Positions 28,296-43,702 of a stretch of 64,000 nucleotides of DNA are shown piece by piece. The translations under genes and the position numbers were made by a program. The notes beneath the pieces were generated by a model. The model worked only from the letters and a program-made list of their open reading frames with translations, ran no database searches and was not told the DNA's origin. Source of the stretch: Octopus vulgaris (Eukaryota); contig OX597825.1 of NCBI GenBank assembly GCA_951406725.2, positions 18,786,001 to 18,850,000 of the forward strand, given 5' to 3'. How positions within the stretch are numbered: position 1 is the stretch's first letter; each line of letters opens with the position of its first letter.

Positions 28296-28745
28296 ATAAC
28301 AAGTTATATATGGGAAGGATTAATCATAAGGATGGTAACGTGTGTCTTATACATATATACACGCGTACATATATATACAGACACACATCAACATCTGGCT
28401 GATTGTTCCTTCCCAAAGGTAACTTGTTATAGTAATGTTTTAGTTAATCCATGATGGATATATTCGTGATATTAAATATGTTTTTTTTAATCTTTTTGTC
28501 TTTATGAGCGTAAACGAAAAGCACAATATTTTGCTATTGGTGACGTAGTAGATGTCTTTAGGTTCTCCGTAATGATGACGTTGTAATTGTGAAGTAAAGA
28601 TCAAAAGTAATATATAAAGAAACTATACAATGCTTATTTTTGCAATATACATACATTCATGCATACATACATGCATACATACATGTGTGTGTGTGTTTGT
28701 AGATAGTCTTTGGTTCATTCTCTTGATATTAGACCGCCCTTTTTC

Positions 28746-28865
28746 GAAGAAGAAGAAGAAAAAGAAGAAGAAGAAGAAGAAGGAGAAGAAGAAGAAGATG
28801 AAGATGAAGAAGAAGATGAAGAAGAAGAAGAAGAAGAAGAAGAAGAAGAAGAAGATGAAGAAGAA

Positions 28866-28896
<31 letters not shown>

Positions 28897-28937
28897 AAGA
28901 AGAAGAAGAAGAAGAAGACGAAGAAGAAGAAGAAGAA
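28746..28937. repeat. (GAA)n microsatellite
   Basis: Direct reading. Confidence 0.97.
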
Positions 28938-29064
28938 AAAGAGTCTCTACTTTCTTCTCTTATATAGATATTCTAACAATTGATCTTGTTGCAAGATCAT
29001 TAAATTAGTGTCCTTTATTTTCTATATATTGGGAACTGAACTGAGTTGCTGCTATCTCTAGCGG

Positions 29065-29131
29065 ACGAACATCCACCACCGAGGATGATCACAAAGAGCT
29101 TGAAACCGTACGTACGGTCTGGTGGTGTCGT
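29065..29131 (+). ncRNA. Candidate type I hammerhead ribozyme (C4 variant, decayed stem II)
   Basis: Stem I CCACCA/TGGTGG (extendable), core CCGAGGA..GAAA, palindromic stem III ACCGT ACGT ACGGT, GUC site at 29117-29119. Confidence 0.6.
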
Positions 29132-29619
29132 GACTGGAAGATGGTATGGATTCACACCCTTTCTTGCAATATATATCGGGTGCAGATTACATCGAATCAC
29201 CAGCTGGCTCAGGCGTCTCCTTAGGCTTAAAAAAGATAATGATATCAGTTGCTACGGAACAGCCATGCTGAACTGGCGATAAACATCAATGCATAATGTT
29301 GTTTTGATAAAACTCGTGCTTTGATGTTTAAGCAACCATACCCCGTGCTGATACATTTAATGCAACAGATGCATTTTGTAAATGCAAACTCTTTATTGAA
29401 TTTGTCTCTCAATAAATTTTTGCAGTGTATGAAAACCATGTGCATCAATGTTTGAAGTTTAATTATTTTAATATTTACAAAATCATGCTGTTATTTTTCT
29501 AGAAGAAAATTCCTGGAATATTATCATATATTATTATAGATTATCTAACTTGTGAAATATTTCACTTGATTTTCTCACACAACACCAGCCTATACCAATA
29601 AAAATATATAACCAACAAG

Positions 29620-30290
29620 GTGCATTGTAGAAGTTTTCAGACTTTTTAAGTATCATTCATTCGTTTCAGAGAAGTATAAAACTCTATTCTCTATATATTG
29701 ACCTCAATGCACTTGCTGTGGCATTCGAGCCACTTCGTGTGTATTTCGTGGACATTCTCAAAGTGAAAACCTTGATAACCCTTGTCACTGCTTCCGTCAT
29801 CTTCAAAACGACTGCCCCTGGATTTCTCATTCAACTTGGGAAACAACAAACGTTCAGTGGGGACAAGGTACAGACTGTTGCGAGGGTGAGGGCCAGTTGT
29901 GATGCCTATTTCATTTAAGGAGTTGGATACCAAGATGCTTATAACAAAATTTGCGCATGTTCGGATCTTCATAAATATTTGAATGTATTCTTACCACACC
30001 AAACCCAAACACTATGCGTATTGTCTTCATGGACACTCGGCAGTCTTCATCCAGAAAATTGCAAACTTTCTCAACCAACTCTGTCGTCCATCCCTGAGCC
30101 ACACCGCTCATCGTCTCTCACCTCCTCCTTACCTTGCTTGAACATATTGTGTCATTGAAAAAGTTATTCCATAAGCAGTATGGAATATTAAGTTTTGCAA
30201 AGTTTTTATCCAATTTAGCACAAAATTTATTGCATACCGAGATAACAAATGTTCTGACTACAACCTGCAAATTTGTCAGCTATGTCAAGC
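29620..30290 (-). mobile_element. Degenerate mariner transposase remnant
   Basis: VEKVCNFLDEDCRVSMKTI..EDPNMRKFC; GITTGPHPRNSLYLVP..LFPKL (HPPYSPDLAP-like); KWLECHSKCI. Confidence 0.75.
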
Positions 30291-30457
30291 ATTCTTACGC
30301 AGCATGTATTCAAAGTGTTGTCAAAGCAGTCAGTCTCCTTCAAACCGAAATAATAAAAGTTGGCAGGTCAGCTTATCTGGGGTCCGCGGAGACCTGGTTG
30401 TCCGCAATGGTAATACTAGCGGTGCGTGAACAAAATTCATATATACAAAATTCATAC

Positions 30458-30518
<61 letters not shown>

Positions 30519-32001
30519 TAGGCATATTAAAAGGGATTCGTGGGAAAATTCATTTAAATAAAAGGTTTTGGAACCACTGTTGGAAACCACTGTGAAAAAG
30601 TTGGCAGCCACTGATCTAGAACAACAAAAAAGTCTTAAAAATTAAAAATACATCTCGTATATTCACTTATCATTGGATATTTTGTGAATAGAAGTTTGCA
30701 CCATTTTATCGTCTGATGTGCTATAAACGAATGTACAGAAGATACGTTCTTTCAGTATTATATCTTTCTTTTTTATCCGTTTTTTTTTTTTCTAGTTTTA
30801 GTAATTGATCTGTGACTACGCTTAGACTTCATTCGAGTCTTTCAATCGAATATATAAATTAATAATTTGTCTCATAATCATATAATCGTTCCCTTAATTA
30901 GTTCATATTGACGTAGGAGTAGATTATTCAAACATGGCGTTTATATGAAACTGAAAATATTCCTTATACGTAAAGGAATATTTTGGGATCCAGAAAAATA
31001 TTTTCTCTTGAAACAATGAGCAATAATAATCCATTGTATATACGTAAAACTTTAAAATCTATTTCTTGAAACAAATGAAGAAATTTCCTGTAAAGTGTGT
31101 AAAGAATATCTACTGGAACGCATACCAAAATATCTCCAAGTAGGGTTTGATCCTTTCAAAATACACTATTCTTTCTTACATTCGTGCTGCAAAGATATAT
31201 ATATGTAACTCGAAATGTGTGATGAGTTATATAAAAGTAGCATTCAAAATGTGTTAAGGCCAAGACATGAGACGAATCATTCTGAACACTTCGTCATGAT
31301 TTAGCGAATTTTATTCCTATCTCTTTTCATTTATGTTACATTTTCAATTATCTACGCAAGATATTAATCGATTACTTTTAGTTTTGTTTTTAAATTAATT
31401 TATTACAAAGCGAGTCCAACTAAAACAATACATTCAATGTTTATAATTTAAGTTCATTTTATATTTGCACATTTTCTTTGGCTCACATTTTCTTCACACT
31501 GAGACCTAAATGACTCGTTTCTTTCGTGTACACTGCATAAAAGAATTATACATTTAAATATATAACGCAAGCAAAAATGAAAGTTAACAAAGTCTGTATT
31601 GTAATTAGCGTTTCATTGATAAGATTAATTAACTATCAGTCAAGCTTAATCTCATTTGTTTCATAAACGTCAGAAATCAAATTAATGATCATATTTTGTT
31701 AAATTTATTTATTTGTCTCTACGATTAAAGTTAAATTGTGTTTGAATATTTCTGTATTTAAATTACCTTATCGCAAACTCCTATAGAATTGCCACTCACT
31801 CAACTGAATATTTAATTTCATATTTCCTGATTAAAATTAAATTTCGGATATCTGTCTAGATAGCTTAATGGTAAATATTTCGATCTGGATTCTCCATTGC
31901 ATAAATACAATTCTGTATCATAGTATTGTCGAAATACTGCATAAGTATTGATGACGCTAACTACTAATTGATTTTTTCGCTATATGTTTCAAGCAGTATA
32001 T

Positions 32002-32231
32002 GGTGGTGAGCTGGCAGAAACATTAGCACGCCGGGCTAAATGTGTAGCCGTATTTCGTCTGCCGTTACGTTCTGAGTTCAAATTCCGCGGAGGTCGACTT
32101 TGCCTTTCATCCTTTCGGGGTCGATAAATTAAGTACCAGTTACGCACTGGAGTCGATGAAATCGACTTAATCCGTTTGTCTCTCCTTGTTTGTCCCCTCT
32201 ATGTTTAGCCCCTTGTGAGTAGTAAAGAAAC
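32002..32231 (+). mobile_element. tRNA-derived SINE family B, full length
   Basis: gagctggcagaaac..gttcaaattcc head. TSD-like tatgtttcaagcagtata (31983-32000) / tatatttcgagcagtata (32235-32252). Confidence 0.9.
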
Positions 32232-34084
32232 AAATATATTTCGAGCAGTATAACTCACGTCCTGATCTCGAAACCAGATGCAGATTACTCTTATTCTCAC
32301 GGTCTATCAGTAGTGTGATTGAAACTTATGCGAGTTTAGAGTTCTTCAGATACTTTTAACTAGCGAGCTCACGGTATGGTGCACCAGTCAGTTGTAACCA
32401 TCTGTCAGAGATTCCCTTTGTGCTTGCATACTTTTCGTCACGTTTAACTAACATAACAATGAACATATCAATAGAAACACGCCGAGGTCACGCCAAGAGA
32501 TCACTGTCACAAATGTCATGCCTATATGCCACAAATGTAAGGAATACCTACAAGATAAGCACTACCTCATATTGTCCTACCAGCCTCTTTCGAAGTAGAA
32601 ATATGAAAGTATCGATTAATTTACTGAAGCATAAACAACTCGGATTTCTAATACATAAAGATTGTCTGAGAGTAACGAATGGGAGTAACGACTTGAGATC
32701 TTTATTTTTGTGAATGTGGGGATATCTCAAGGATAACAATATCCAAGTTTCTTGTCATTCACATTGATAGATAATTAGTATTATAAAGATATCATTCACC
32801 CATTAGTTTAGGAGGTTTTGGTCTTTTTATTTAGTTATTGATTTGAACATATAGCGGAGCACTGTTTTTGCAGGCTTCTGTCTATCATATCAAAACAGTA
32901 TTTCAAACTGTCATTTGTATTATCTCCCACAAGTGATAGTAATCTCTATGGTGTCAAAACAAAAAAAGACTCGCCATAGTTACTTCACAGTAAGTTTGAA
33001 TATTGATCCACAAGGACCTAAAGCCGGTCTACTAAAACCCTACTTGTGATATTAAGAAATTACAGAAAGCACATTTTCCCATGGGGAGGGACTAAAACAA
33101 GAGGACCTAAGATCAAAATCCTACACAAGTTATAAAAAGAAACAGTGAGTAGGGACGATGCGAGAAATCCAAAGCAACTTAATGTCTATGATTTCGCGCC
33201 TATAAGACTTGTGATGCTGCGAAACGTATATTTGAAGCTCTGGTGTAACCTCGCTTCATCATATATCTTTTTTCTTTTTCGAGTTAACATATGTATACAA
33301 TTGTACGATTAGTCTATACTTTCATGCAGCAGTGATGATATTGTGTAAAGATATTGAATAACAGACTGGATTTAATATCTAGCCACATAAGGGCAGCGAT
33401 TATTGAAGTAGCGTACGTATAGGATGCCGCATTATTACGGCAGATAGAGTGACATTAAATGGAGATTCTAGTTAACCTTTAACAGACAACCGTTTAATTA
33501 TCTCACGATATAGAATGATGCATTTGACATTTATGTCTGTCTATATGGATATGTACGTATGTATGTATTTATTTATGTATGCATGTGTGTATGCATGTGT
33601 ATATATATAAGGAGAGGGAGAGAGAGAGAGCGAGAAAGAGGCATACGTACATATACACGTACATATACATATATGTAGACGTACACAAACACACACATCC
33701 AAGCATGCACACTTACATACACACTTATATATATATATGCGTGCAGCTATTTTCATTTATTGAATTTTAGTATGAACCTTCTAGTTTGCTTTAGAAAGGC
33801 CATCTATGGATAAAAGGTTTCAAGCCGATATATCAGGAGATTGCTTACCACTGTTCCTTAATTTGATACTGATGCTATGCAGAATTTAATATATCTAACA
33901 TATGATATGATGATATTTCTGCAGTAGTCTGTTGTTAGAGTGGAGATGACACAATAGTATTATTATGTAATAAGGCATGCATGCTAAACCCAATCGCTTT
34001 TCTTTACCCTTTTACTATTTTAAAGAATTGCTACCTATACTATATTTTTGTAGTCAAATCTGTCAGGCATGATTGATATATACA

Positions 34085-34134
<50 letters not shown>

Positions 34135-34645
34135 ACACACGCACACATATATATATACATATATAAAAGAAAAATGGAGTGAAAAATTACGGAAGATTTG
34201 TGTTTTATGGCTAATCGTTATGTTAGGAAATTTTATAAAATTTGTGTGTAGAGACGTTGTTTTTCGAGAAATAACATGTTTCGCAATATCTTTTCAAATA
34301 TCTTAAATTCCTTTACAGATATTGTGTCATCTCTTCGCGAGGCTGTGCCCTGCCCATATATGACTCTCAATTACAGGATTGCCACGCAATAATCAGCATT
34401 TGGGTATGAATAAATAGTTACATTACCAGCAGTATATTGGATAAGTACTATCCCTTAGTTGGTTGGCTTTCCAACCTCACACTCTCACAGAAATATATAT
34501 ATATATAAAGAGAGAGAGAGAGAGAGAGAGAGAGGGTGGTGGATAGATAGATATACATATTTATGTACATGCATATATACATACTCGCACAAACATATAT
34601 ACATATATATATATATGTATGTATGTATGCATACATGCATGTATG

Positions 34646-34683
<38 letters not shown>

Positions 34684-34694
34684 ATACATGCATG

Positions 34695-34799
<105 letters not shown>

Positions 34800-34835
34800 A
34801 CACACACATACAAATATATATATATATATATATAA

Positions 34836-34882
<47 letters not shown>

Positions 34883-34901
34883 AGTGTGTTTATATAGAGA
34901 C

Positions 34902-34948
<47 letters not shown>

Positions 34949-35156
34949 CATACATGCATGCATGCATACATACATACATACATACATACATACATACATA
35001 CATACATACATACATACATACATACAAGCATACATATATATGTATGTCTATATCATTCAATTCTCACTGAATGTTAAAACTCTTAGAGCATATTTTCTTA
35101 TACTGACTCTTGGGAATAATCTCTTCCCCATTAGCGAAGCTAGATTACGAGACTGG

Positions 35157-36050
35157 ACTACTTTAACCTGAAAAATTACAAGCTCTTCAGTAGTGACTAC
35201 TCTATCACCGAATGGTTTGGTTAAATCCAGACGGTCAGTGAATATATTTACCATATAACCCGCAAACATATTCCTCCTCATGCATTTTGAGTATCGAATG
35301 TTATCAGGTTCAGTATATTTTCAAAGATATGCACTTTCAATTCTTTTCCAAATTGCAGCTGTTTGATGCAAAGTGTTCGGCAAGTTCTGTCGAAATAATA
35401 TTATTGTGCCTGACGTGATATCTCTGCCCATTAAATATTTTTTAATTGTTCTTTTGTACAGTCAACATAAATCACATTATGTTTCGTGCATTCTGCTAAG
35501 TACAACAAATGGGAACCTCTGCATAGCCCACCTGTATAAATCATAACATTTCTGGTATGATTCCTGATGGAATTCACTTGACTCACATTGTTGCACAATA
35601 AACAGCTCTTCTCTTGCGGCTGTTTTTCAAGGTACAATGTACAGATACTCCAATATTAGTTTTCTAGAAGTCAGAAGTAGAGGTTGATAATTCTTTTATA
35701 TTTTTATTCCGTCTAAAAGTCTACAATAGACGGATGAGGAAATATTTGAAATGAAGCTATTTTTCCGCAACATAATAGTAACTTTCATACAACGCATTTG
35801 AAATGCCAGCGAATTTTCGGTGCCAGTTAATCACTAAAGGAATCGTGTCATATAAGTGCTGTGTTTGATAAAATTATACGTGAAGTTATGTCTTCCTTTG
35901 CTAATCTTAGCTATGTCATTTACTATTTCCTTTAATCGTCATTCACGGTAACCGCATTTGAAATAATGCTGTACAAAAGCGTTTGCATGTTTTCAATAAT
36001 CCGCTATGTTCGTTACAAATCCGTTTTATACTCAAAGTTCATGGGTGACA
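35157..36050 (-). mobile_element. Old Penelope-like element remnant (RT thumb to GIY-YIG, decayed hammerhead at the 3' end)
   Basis: HYFKCGY, IPLVINWH, CRGSHLLYLAECTKHNVIYVDCTKEQL. Minus strand ACTA-CTGAAGA-GCTTG..CAGGT-TAAA..TAGT at 35157-35194. Confidence 0.7.
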
Positions 36051-36261
36051 TTCCATCAATGTGAGGACGCTGGTTGCTCTCGTTGATATTTTAGATTTGA
36101 ATTTCTATAGTGTTGAATTTTTATCAGTTTTCATTTTGAACTTAACAAAGACAGGGTTGCTTTTGAAATATCGTTCTACCACTAAAATATCTATTGCAAC
36201 CGGTGGCGCTCTTCCTCTTCCCCATTTAACTTTGCGAAGAATTACGCCAATACTTTTAAAA

Positions 36262-36315
<54 letters not shown>

Positions 36316-37230
36316 ACAAATATACTCACACAGACACACATACACACACATATATACACAAACACTTACACACGCAAACGCACACACACATCTGAACGTC
36401 TATGTTTAGACATATGTTTATCTGCTGGATATATTTAGTTGATCTGAAAAAAATATTCATGACGACATTACACAAGGAGCAATACCATTATGAAAGAAGA
36501 GCAGAAACGAGTGAAGATTACAAAACTGAAATTACAGCTCATCAGGAACACTAATACATGGTTATCATAAGACAAAAATTATCACATAAAGCAAAAGAAG
36601 CCATATTACATGACTCTATCAGCAATGGCCCTTGAGGTAAATGAATCCACGAATTAGTTAATTATTTTAAACATATAAATTTAAATCTATGATCATTGTG
36701 GGCGATGCAGATTTCCTGGTAATATAACGTTGTGCATTATGATAATCTAATCCGTAACTAAAATTACCTTAACCGCCTCTGATGAACAATTTGTAATGTT
36801 TTAATGTATATTAACAAACACAACATTCGACTAAATTAGTAGAGAATTATTAATATGAAGCGAACTGTTAAAATGGAAAACTCTACCTAACACATGGACA
36901 ATCGCGCAGATCAGCCTCTGCATAGAATCTATTGATTGATGTGGCTGTTGGATTTACGAGATGCAACGTTTCTGCGGTTGAAACAACTTTGTGTGCATAG
37001 ATGTAGATAATTTTTTTTTCTTTAGAAGCTTACTCATCTTATAGCTATATGCATATTTATGGAATTTTGTCATACTTATAGATATAGCATCCGAGTGTTT
37101 CGAAAAGGGAAAAGGAATTACCTTCCTTTTCATGATCTACGATACAAAATACCGTTTTTTTTCAAAGAAACTGTTCTTCACATTTAATATTCTTTACGCA
37201 TATATCTAAAAGATAAAAATCACACTCATG

Positions 37231-37916
<686 letters not shown>

Positions 37917-38445
37917 ATGCTGTCGTTATATATTCCAAAAGAGTTAGAGAATTTCAGATATCATAGAATGTAGGTTTTACACTTTTATATATTTCCCCTT
38001 GAAATTGGTATAACATTCAGGTGTTGTGCACTTTAAGTTGAACTCTTAACATTTATATTATTAACACCTATCCGGAAGAATTTATAGTTCCAAAAAGTTT
38101 CATACAGAGTGCATGAGTCATACTTAAATATTTTCGAAATATAAACAATTCAAAATATGAAATAAAGAAATAGATAAAAATATATAGTAACTGAAAAAAT
38201 ACACACATTTCCCTGAAGACATGATTCTTAAATGAAGAATTTTAAACCTGTCGAGTGTCAAATATATTTGTATAATCATTTTTAATATCGATGCTAATAT
38301 TCCAATATAAGTAGACATGATATGCCAACAACCATTTTGAATATCTAATGGGAGACTTAAAGAACAAACAAATAATTTTCGTTTATCCATGGAACTTGAA
38401 AATCTGTACTACTATCACAAAGCTATGATGTTTGAAGTATATATA

Positions 38446-38894
38446 ACAAAATCGGACTTTGGAAAAATTCGTAAATGTATAATAGATAGAATTATACCTT
38501 AAGTCAAAAGCAAAGTTGTTCTTTCCCTATGGAATTCGATGGGAGATGTAATAACGTGGTGTGATTCCATTATGGATGAAGAACACACTCATTTCTTACA
38601 ATTTGATATCTCTAATTATCATAGATATAATTATCATAGATATACTATGATTATTATATCTATATCTTCATTGATTTTAATGAACATAATTGGATTACAT
38701 CTGATTCAATGGATTCTGGCATAACTATGCGGTTATCAGATTCAGCTCAGATGACTGATTTAGTAAGTTTGTATCACTTGCTTCAAATTAAAAATAGTTT
38801 CCCTAATATATCTGGTGGTCTCTATAGGGATGATGCGCTCCATGCTTCAAAGGGATTATCTAAACCGGTGGTAGAAAGATTACGAAATCCTTAA
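38446..38894 (+). mobile_element. Penelope-like element reverse transcriptase remnant
   Basis: KSDFGKI..IIDRI..LW..VITW..FLQFDI and ITM..DSAQMTDLVSLY..GGLYRDDAL are PLE RT motifs. Contains stops and deletions. Confidence 0.85.
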
Positions 38895-39145
38895 GGTCGT
38901 GTTCTGCCCTTACATTCGAAACACGCATTGAGTCGAAACAGGGGCAGCTGAAGAAGGGGAATGTTCTCTCTGTTGTTTGTCTTGTATTCGTTTATTTGTG
39001 GTGTCCTGTACTCAAATATGCATGTATATATACATATAGATGTAGGTATGTATATATATATGTATGTATGTATGCATATGTTTTATTTATTAAATTGTTA
39101 TTATATGATCGAACGCACACGTCGTTGTCATCTTCTTCCAAGTAA

Positions 39146-39191
<46 letters not shown>

Positions 39192-39358
39192 CAGCCATAC
39201 ATATGTATGTATGTGTATATGCCATGTGGGAATAAGCCGAAGATTGCCTGAAGGCACCAGACGGGTAATATAATGGCCTTTGAATCACTTCCATCACATG
39301 AGACAATTAGTAGCTCATGAAAATAGATACTGTGTCCTTTACACAATATATATATATG

Positions 39359-39455
<97 letters not shown>

Positions 39456-39549
39456 ATATATATATACATATATTTATATATATATATACATACATATATA
39501 TATACATACATATATATACATATATATATACATGTATATAAATACATAC

Positions 39550-39583
<34 letters not shown>

Positions 39584-39584
39584 C

Positions 39585-39657
<73 letters not shown>

Positions 39658-41021
39658 CCTCGTTCGAGGAAAGTTCGAGGAAAGTTTCGTTCGAGGATCA
39701 CTATATATATATATATATATGTGTGTATATATTTCGTCTGGACAGTTACTCGAACGTTTATTGAACAAATTTATTAAACAACAGTCGTTAAATGGGATGT
39801 CAAGCGTAAGTTAACTTCTCCGTACAAACAATTTCATGCTACATTCGGCTTTACTATTGCTGTTGTGTCTCTCCTTGAATAAAGTTTGTGTTGCTTTAAA
39901 ATAATTACATAAATTTAATATTTACATGTGTGCATGTGTTCGAGTCTGTGTTCTTTTGTGTGCGTATATGTTCCTGTGTGTGTGCTTGCTTATGTGCGTG
40001 TATGTATGTCTGTACTTGTGTTATGTGAGCTCTGAGAGGCCTTTGTGTTATGAATTGCTTTCTATTATATTTTCACTTTTAACAGAATGCTCTCTGTAAA
40101 ATGTTCTGCCAGTCAAGTTCGCGAACATTTCACCTGTACATATATGTGTGCCGGAATTTTTAGTCGGTATGCTAAATGTAGTAATACAATTTGTCAACTT
40201 TGAAATTAAAACGTTTGCAAAGATGATTGTGAAAGGGTGATAAAATTAATGCGATAAATTATTTCTATTTAGAATCCGTGGAAGAACATAAATGCAAATA
40301 CTCTTGAATACTTGTGAAAATCAGCAGTAAATTAATGTAATGACTAACCTTACATACGACCCATTTTCAATAGCATTTCATTCGCTTTTCGCTTTGTTTA
40401 CTTTGCTAATATACATGTCGGAGTTATCATTTCTCAAATTTCTTCTCCCATATAAATGGCGTAGGATTTATGCTCCCCGTGGGATAGAGAAATCATCATT
40501 ATGACAGCGTCAACGTCATAATTGAGAATGAAATTCTCAAAGGAGACAACTCAATAACTTCATCATCATCATCATCATCGTATTGGTCGTCAACAGCCAC
40601 AGCAGCACCGTCGTTGGTATACTCATAAGCATCGCTCGTTGACATCCTTCAAATCATTAGCGTCGTCATCACCTACAACCCTTTCAACAATGGCATATTT
40701 CTAAGACAGCAACAACTGTGAAATTTCAATTTGAGGCTTAAGGTCTCCTTTCCATTCAACTGATGTAGTCCTGACAACATTTCAAGACTGAATAGTTCCC
40801 CTCACTTCAAGACTTAATAGTTCCACTCAGGGGGTTGGATAGTGCTTGATAATAGTGCATGCCTTTTCTATGCGGTTATTCTGGTCATTGGAATCAAGCT
40901 GGTCGAATTGGTTATTCATAAGCTATTGCAAATCCTTTCCTCTAAGATTTTACGAAATATTAAAATGCTTATTGTAGGTAGATTTGTGATTCACAAGCTA
41001 ATAGACAAACTGCTTGACCCA

Positions 41022-41144
41022 TATTATTATTATTATTATACAAGTCACTGCCTGGAATCGACCTCGGAATCTTGGGGTTAGTAGCCCGCGCTCTTAAACG
41101 CAAGAGTTCGATTCCAGGCAATAACTTGAATAATGATGATGATG

Positions 41145-41178
<34 letters not shown>

Positions 41179-41247
41179 CAATAATAACAATAATAATAAC
41201 AACAACAACAACAGCAATAATGATAATAATAATAATAATAATAATAA

Positions 41248-41309
<62 letters not shown>

Positions 41310-41310
41310 A

Positions 41311-41351
<41 letters not shown>

Positions 41352-41526
41352 ATAACAACAACGAAAAATACCTTAGGAATGAGAACCCAGGTTCGAAACT
41401 TCCCCAAGACACCTGATGAAGGCTGGAACGTTGTGCTGACAATAAAGAAGATGAGGATAAATATCTGTCAAATGTAAATAAAGTAAATAATGTACATAAT
41501 TCCTCATTTCTTAAATATGGAACTAT
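41022..41526 (+). mobile_element. Composite repeat: tRNA-derived head with 5' inversion + TAA/TAG microsatellite + tail with truncated hammerhead core
   Basis: Inverted arms caagtcactgcctggaatcga (41041-41061) / tcgattccaggcaataacttg (41108-41128). B-box GTTCGATTCC. CAC-CTGATGA-AGGCTGG-AACGTT-GTG at 41410-41435. Confidence 0.65.
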
Positions 41527-41609
41527 ATTTCTGAAATATTTGAATACCCATCTAAACATATGTGTACGCACACACACACATAGTTTTTTTTGCACTCACA
41601 CGTACACAC

Positions 41610-41833
41610 GGTGAGCTGGCAGAAACGTTAGCACGCCGGTCGAAATGCTTTGCGGCATTTCGTCTGCCGTTACGTTCTGAGTTCAAATTCCGCCGAGGTC
41701 GACTTTACCTTTCATCCTCGCGGGGTCGATAAATAAAGTACCAGTTTCGCACTGGGTCCATGTAATCGACTTAATCCCTTTGTCTGTCCTTGTTTGTCCC
41801 TTCTATGTTTAGCCCCTTGTGGGTAGTAAAGAA
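41610..41833 (+). mobile_element. SINE family B
   Basis: Closely similar to 32002-32231. Confidence 0.9.
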
Positions 41834-41925
41834 ATATATATATGTGCGTGTGTGCACATGTATACAATATATATTACATATATAAATTTACATATATACA
41901 TTTATATATGCACGTCTACATATAT

Positions 41926-41973
<48 letters not shown>

Positions 41974-42143
41974 ATATATGATGAAAGAGAGAAAATAAGT
42001 CATTGAAAGCAAGAGAAAAGGACAAGCGGCATAAATTTTCACAAAGGTATTATTAATTTCGCATTTGAATTAAAATGGAGAGGAGTCTTGACGCTTCGGA
42101 CATTAGAGTCCTTCATTAGAAAAATTAAAAGAAAGATAGGTAG

Positions 42144-42535
42144 AGGCGCAGGAGTGACTGTGTGGTAAGTATCTTGCTAACCAACCACATGGTTCCGGGT
42201 TCAGTCCCATTGCGTGGCACTTTGGGCAAGTGTCTTCTGCTATAGCCCTGGGCCGACCAATGCCTTGTGAGTGGATTTGGTAGACGGAAACTGAAAGAAG
42301 CCTGTCGTATTTATATGTAAATGTATATATATATGTGTGTGTGTGTGTATGTCTGTGTTTGTGTGTGTGTGTTTGTCCCCCTAGCATTGCTTGACAACCG
42401 ATGCCGGTGTGTTTACGTCCCCGTCACTTAGCGGTTCGGCAAAAGAGACCGATAGAATAAGAGAGATTTGCTCGACTAAAGGTGGTGCTCTAGCATGGCC
42501 GCAGTCAAATGACTGAAACAAGTAAAAGAGTAAAG
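42144..42535 (+). mobile_element. SINE family A (small internal deletion)
   Basis: Reverse complement of 7381-7789. Confidence 0.9.
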
Positions 42536-43702
42536 AGAGAGAGAGAGAGAGAGAGAGGGGGAAGAGAATGGAGAGAAGGCAACGAAAGATGAAAATTGTT
42601 GAGAGTCCGGGTGGGAATGCGGTTCTATCGGGAAGAGTGAAGAAAAGAGTGGATGGAATTTCATGTTGTATGCATATATAAAAATGTATCTGTGTAAGTT
42701 AATGGATATATACAACGAATAGACATTATTATGTGAACAAATAGGCGCCATATCTTGGATTTGAAGCAGGTAATGGAACTGCGAATCTGGTGGTTTACAG
42801 GCAATAATATTTTTTATTGTTGGTCAATGAAATTAATTTGGGATTTGTGTTTATTAATGCAAATAAAAGGGAAATCCATGAAAAAGAAAACTGAAAGTTT
42901 GCAAAACAACGTAAATTATGAATATATTTTGAATGGAATTAAATATTTTGTTAGCTATCTTTGATGACGTTGTTCTTGTTGTTGGTAATAACATCTATTA
43001 TGATGATATTGCGTTCGTATATATGATAAAGTTGTAATATTAATTAATGGTTATTTACATGATGATGACGACGATGACGACAATGATGATGCAAACGACG
43101 CGACGCTGATTCTGATGTGGTAGCGGTAGCAGTGATGTTCATGATATTGATGAGAGCGAAGATGACAGTCTAGCTTACGGTTAGTTTTGTAGTGAATTAT
43201 GCCTAGGTAATGTGCTTATGGCTTTTGAAACTTTGTTAGAATAAGACATAAAGATAAAATAAACATTCATCAGACATTATGGACTAAATGTCAACTAACA
43301 GCTGCATACTTTTAATTACACCATTATATATCTCCGGGATCTATTGATTTAAATGTGCAACCATAATTAATGAGACGTGTTGCACATAAGTTGAGATTCT
43401 TCTGGCCGACATCGTTCCGCAAACTTAATGTTCCGTATACGTTTCATGTCTTAATCTAGGCAAGGACTATGCAGTACAATTTGATTTGTTCTTCATGGTA
43501 CTTTGTATAATAAGGTAGATGTGTGTACTTGGACTTGTTTACTTCGCAACAGCTGAATTTCCTTTGAATTTATCCATACTATTGTCGATTTTCGCTGGAT
43601 GATAAGACTTTACCCATGAAATATGCAATCGTTACAAAGCAAGTGAAATGAATATCCTCGATATTCCATTTGCGAAACATAAACTTGAGGACTGCAGATA
43701 AA

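Noticed and set aside
32350-32713. 97-aa ORF with a CHKC motif in another frame
   Set aside because: No recognisable domain; probably chance or decayed retroelement.
38905-38975. Possible hammerhead downstream of the PLE RT remnant (ctgccc..gaaac..ggggcag; ctgaaga)
   Set aside because: Core elements could not be arranged into a valid fold.
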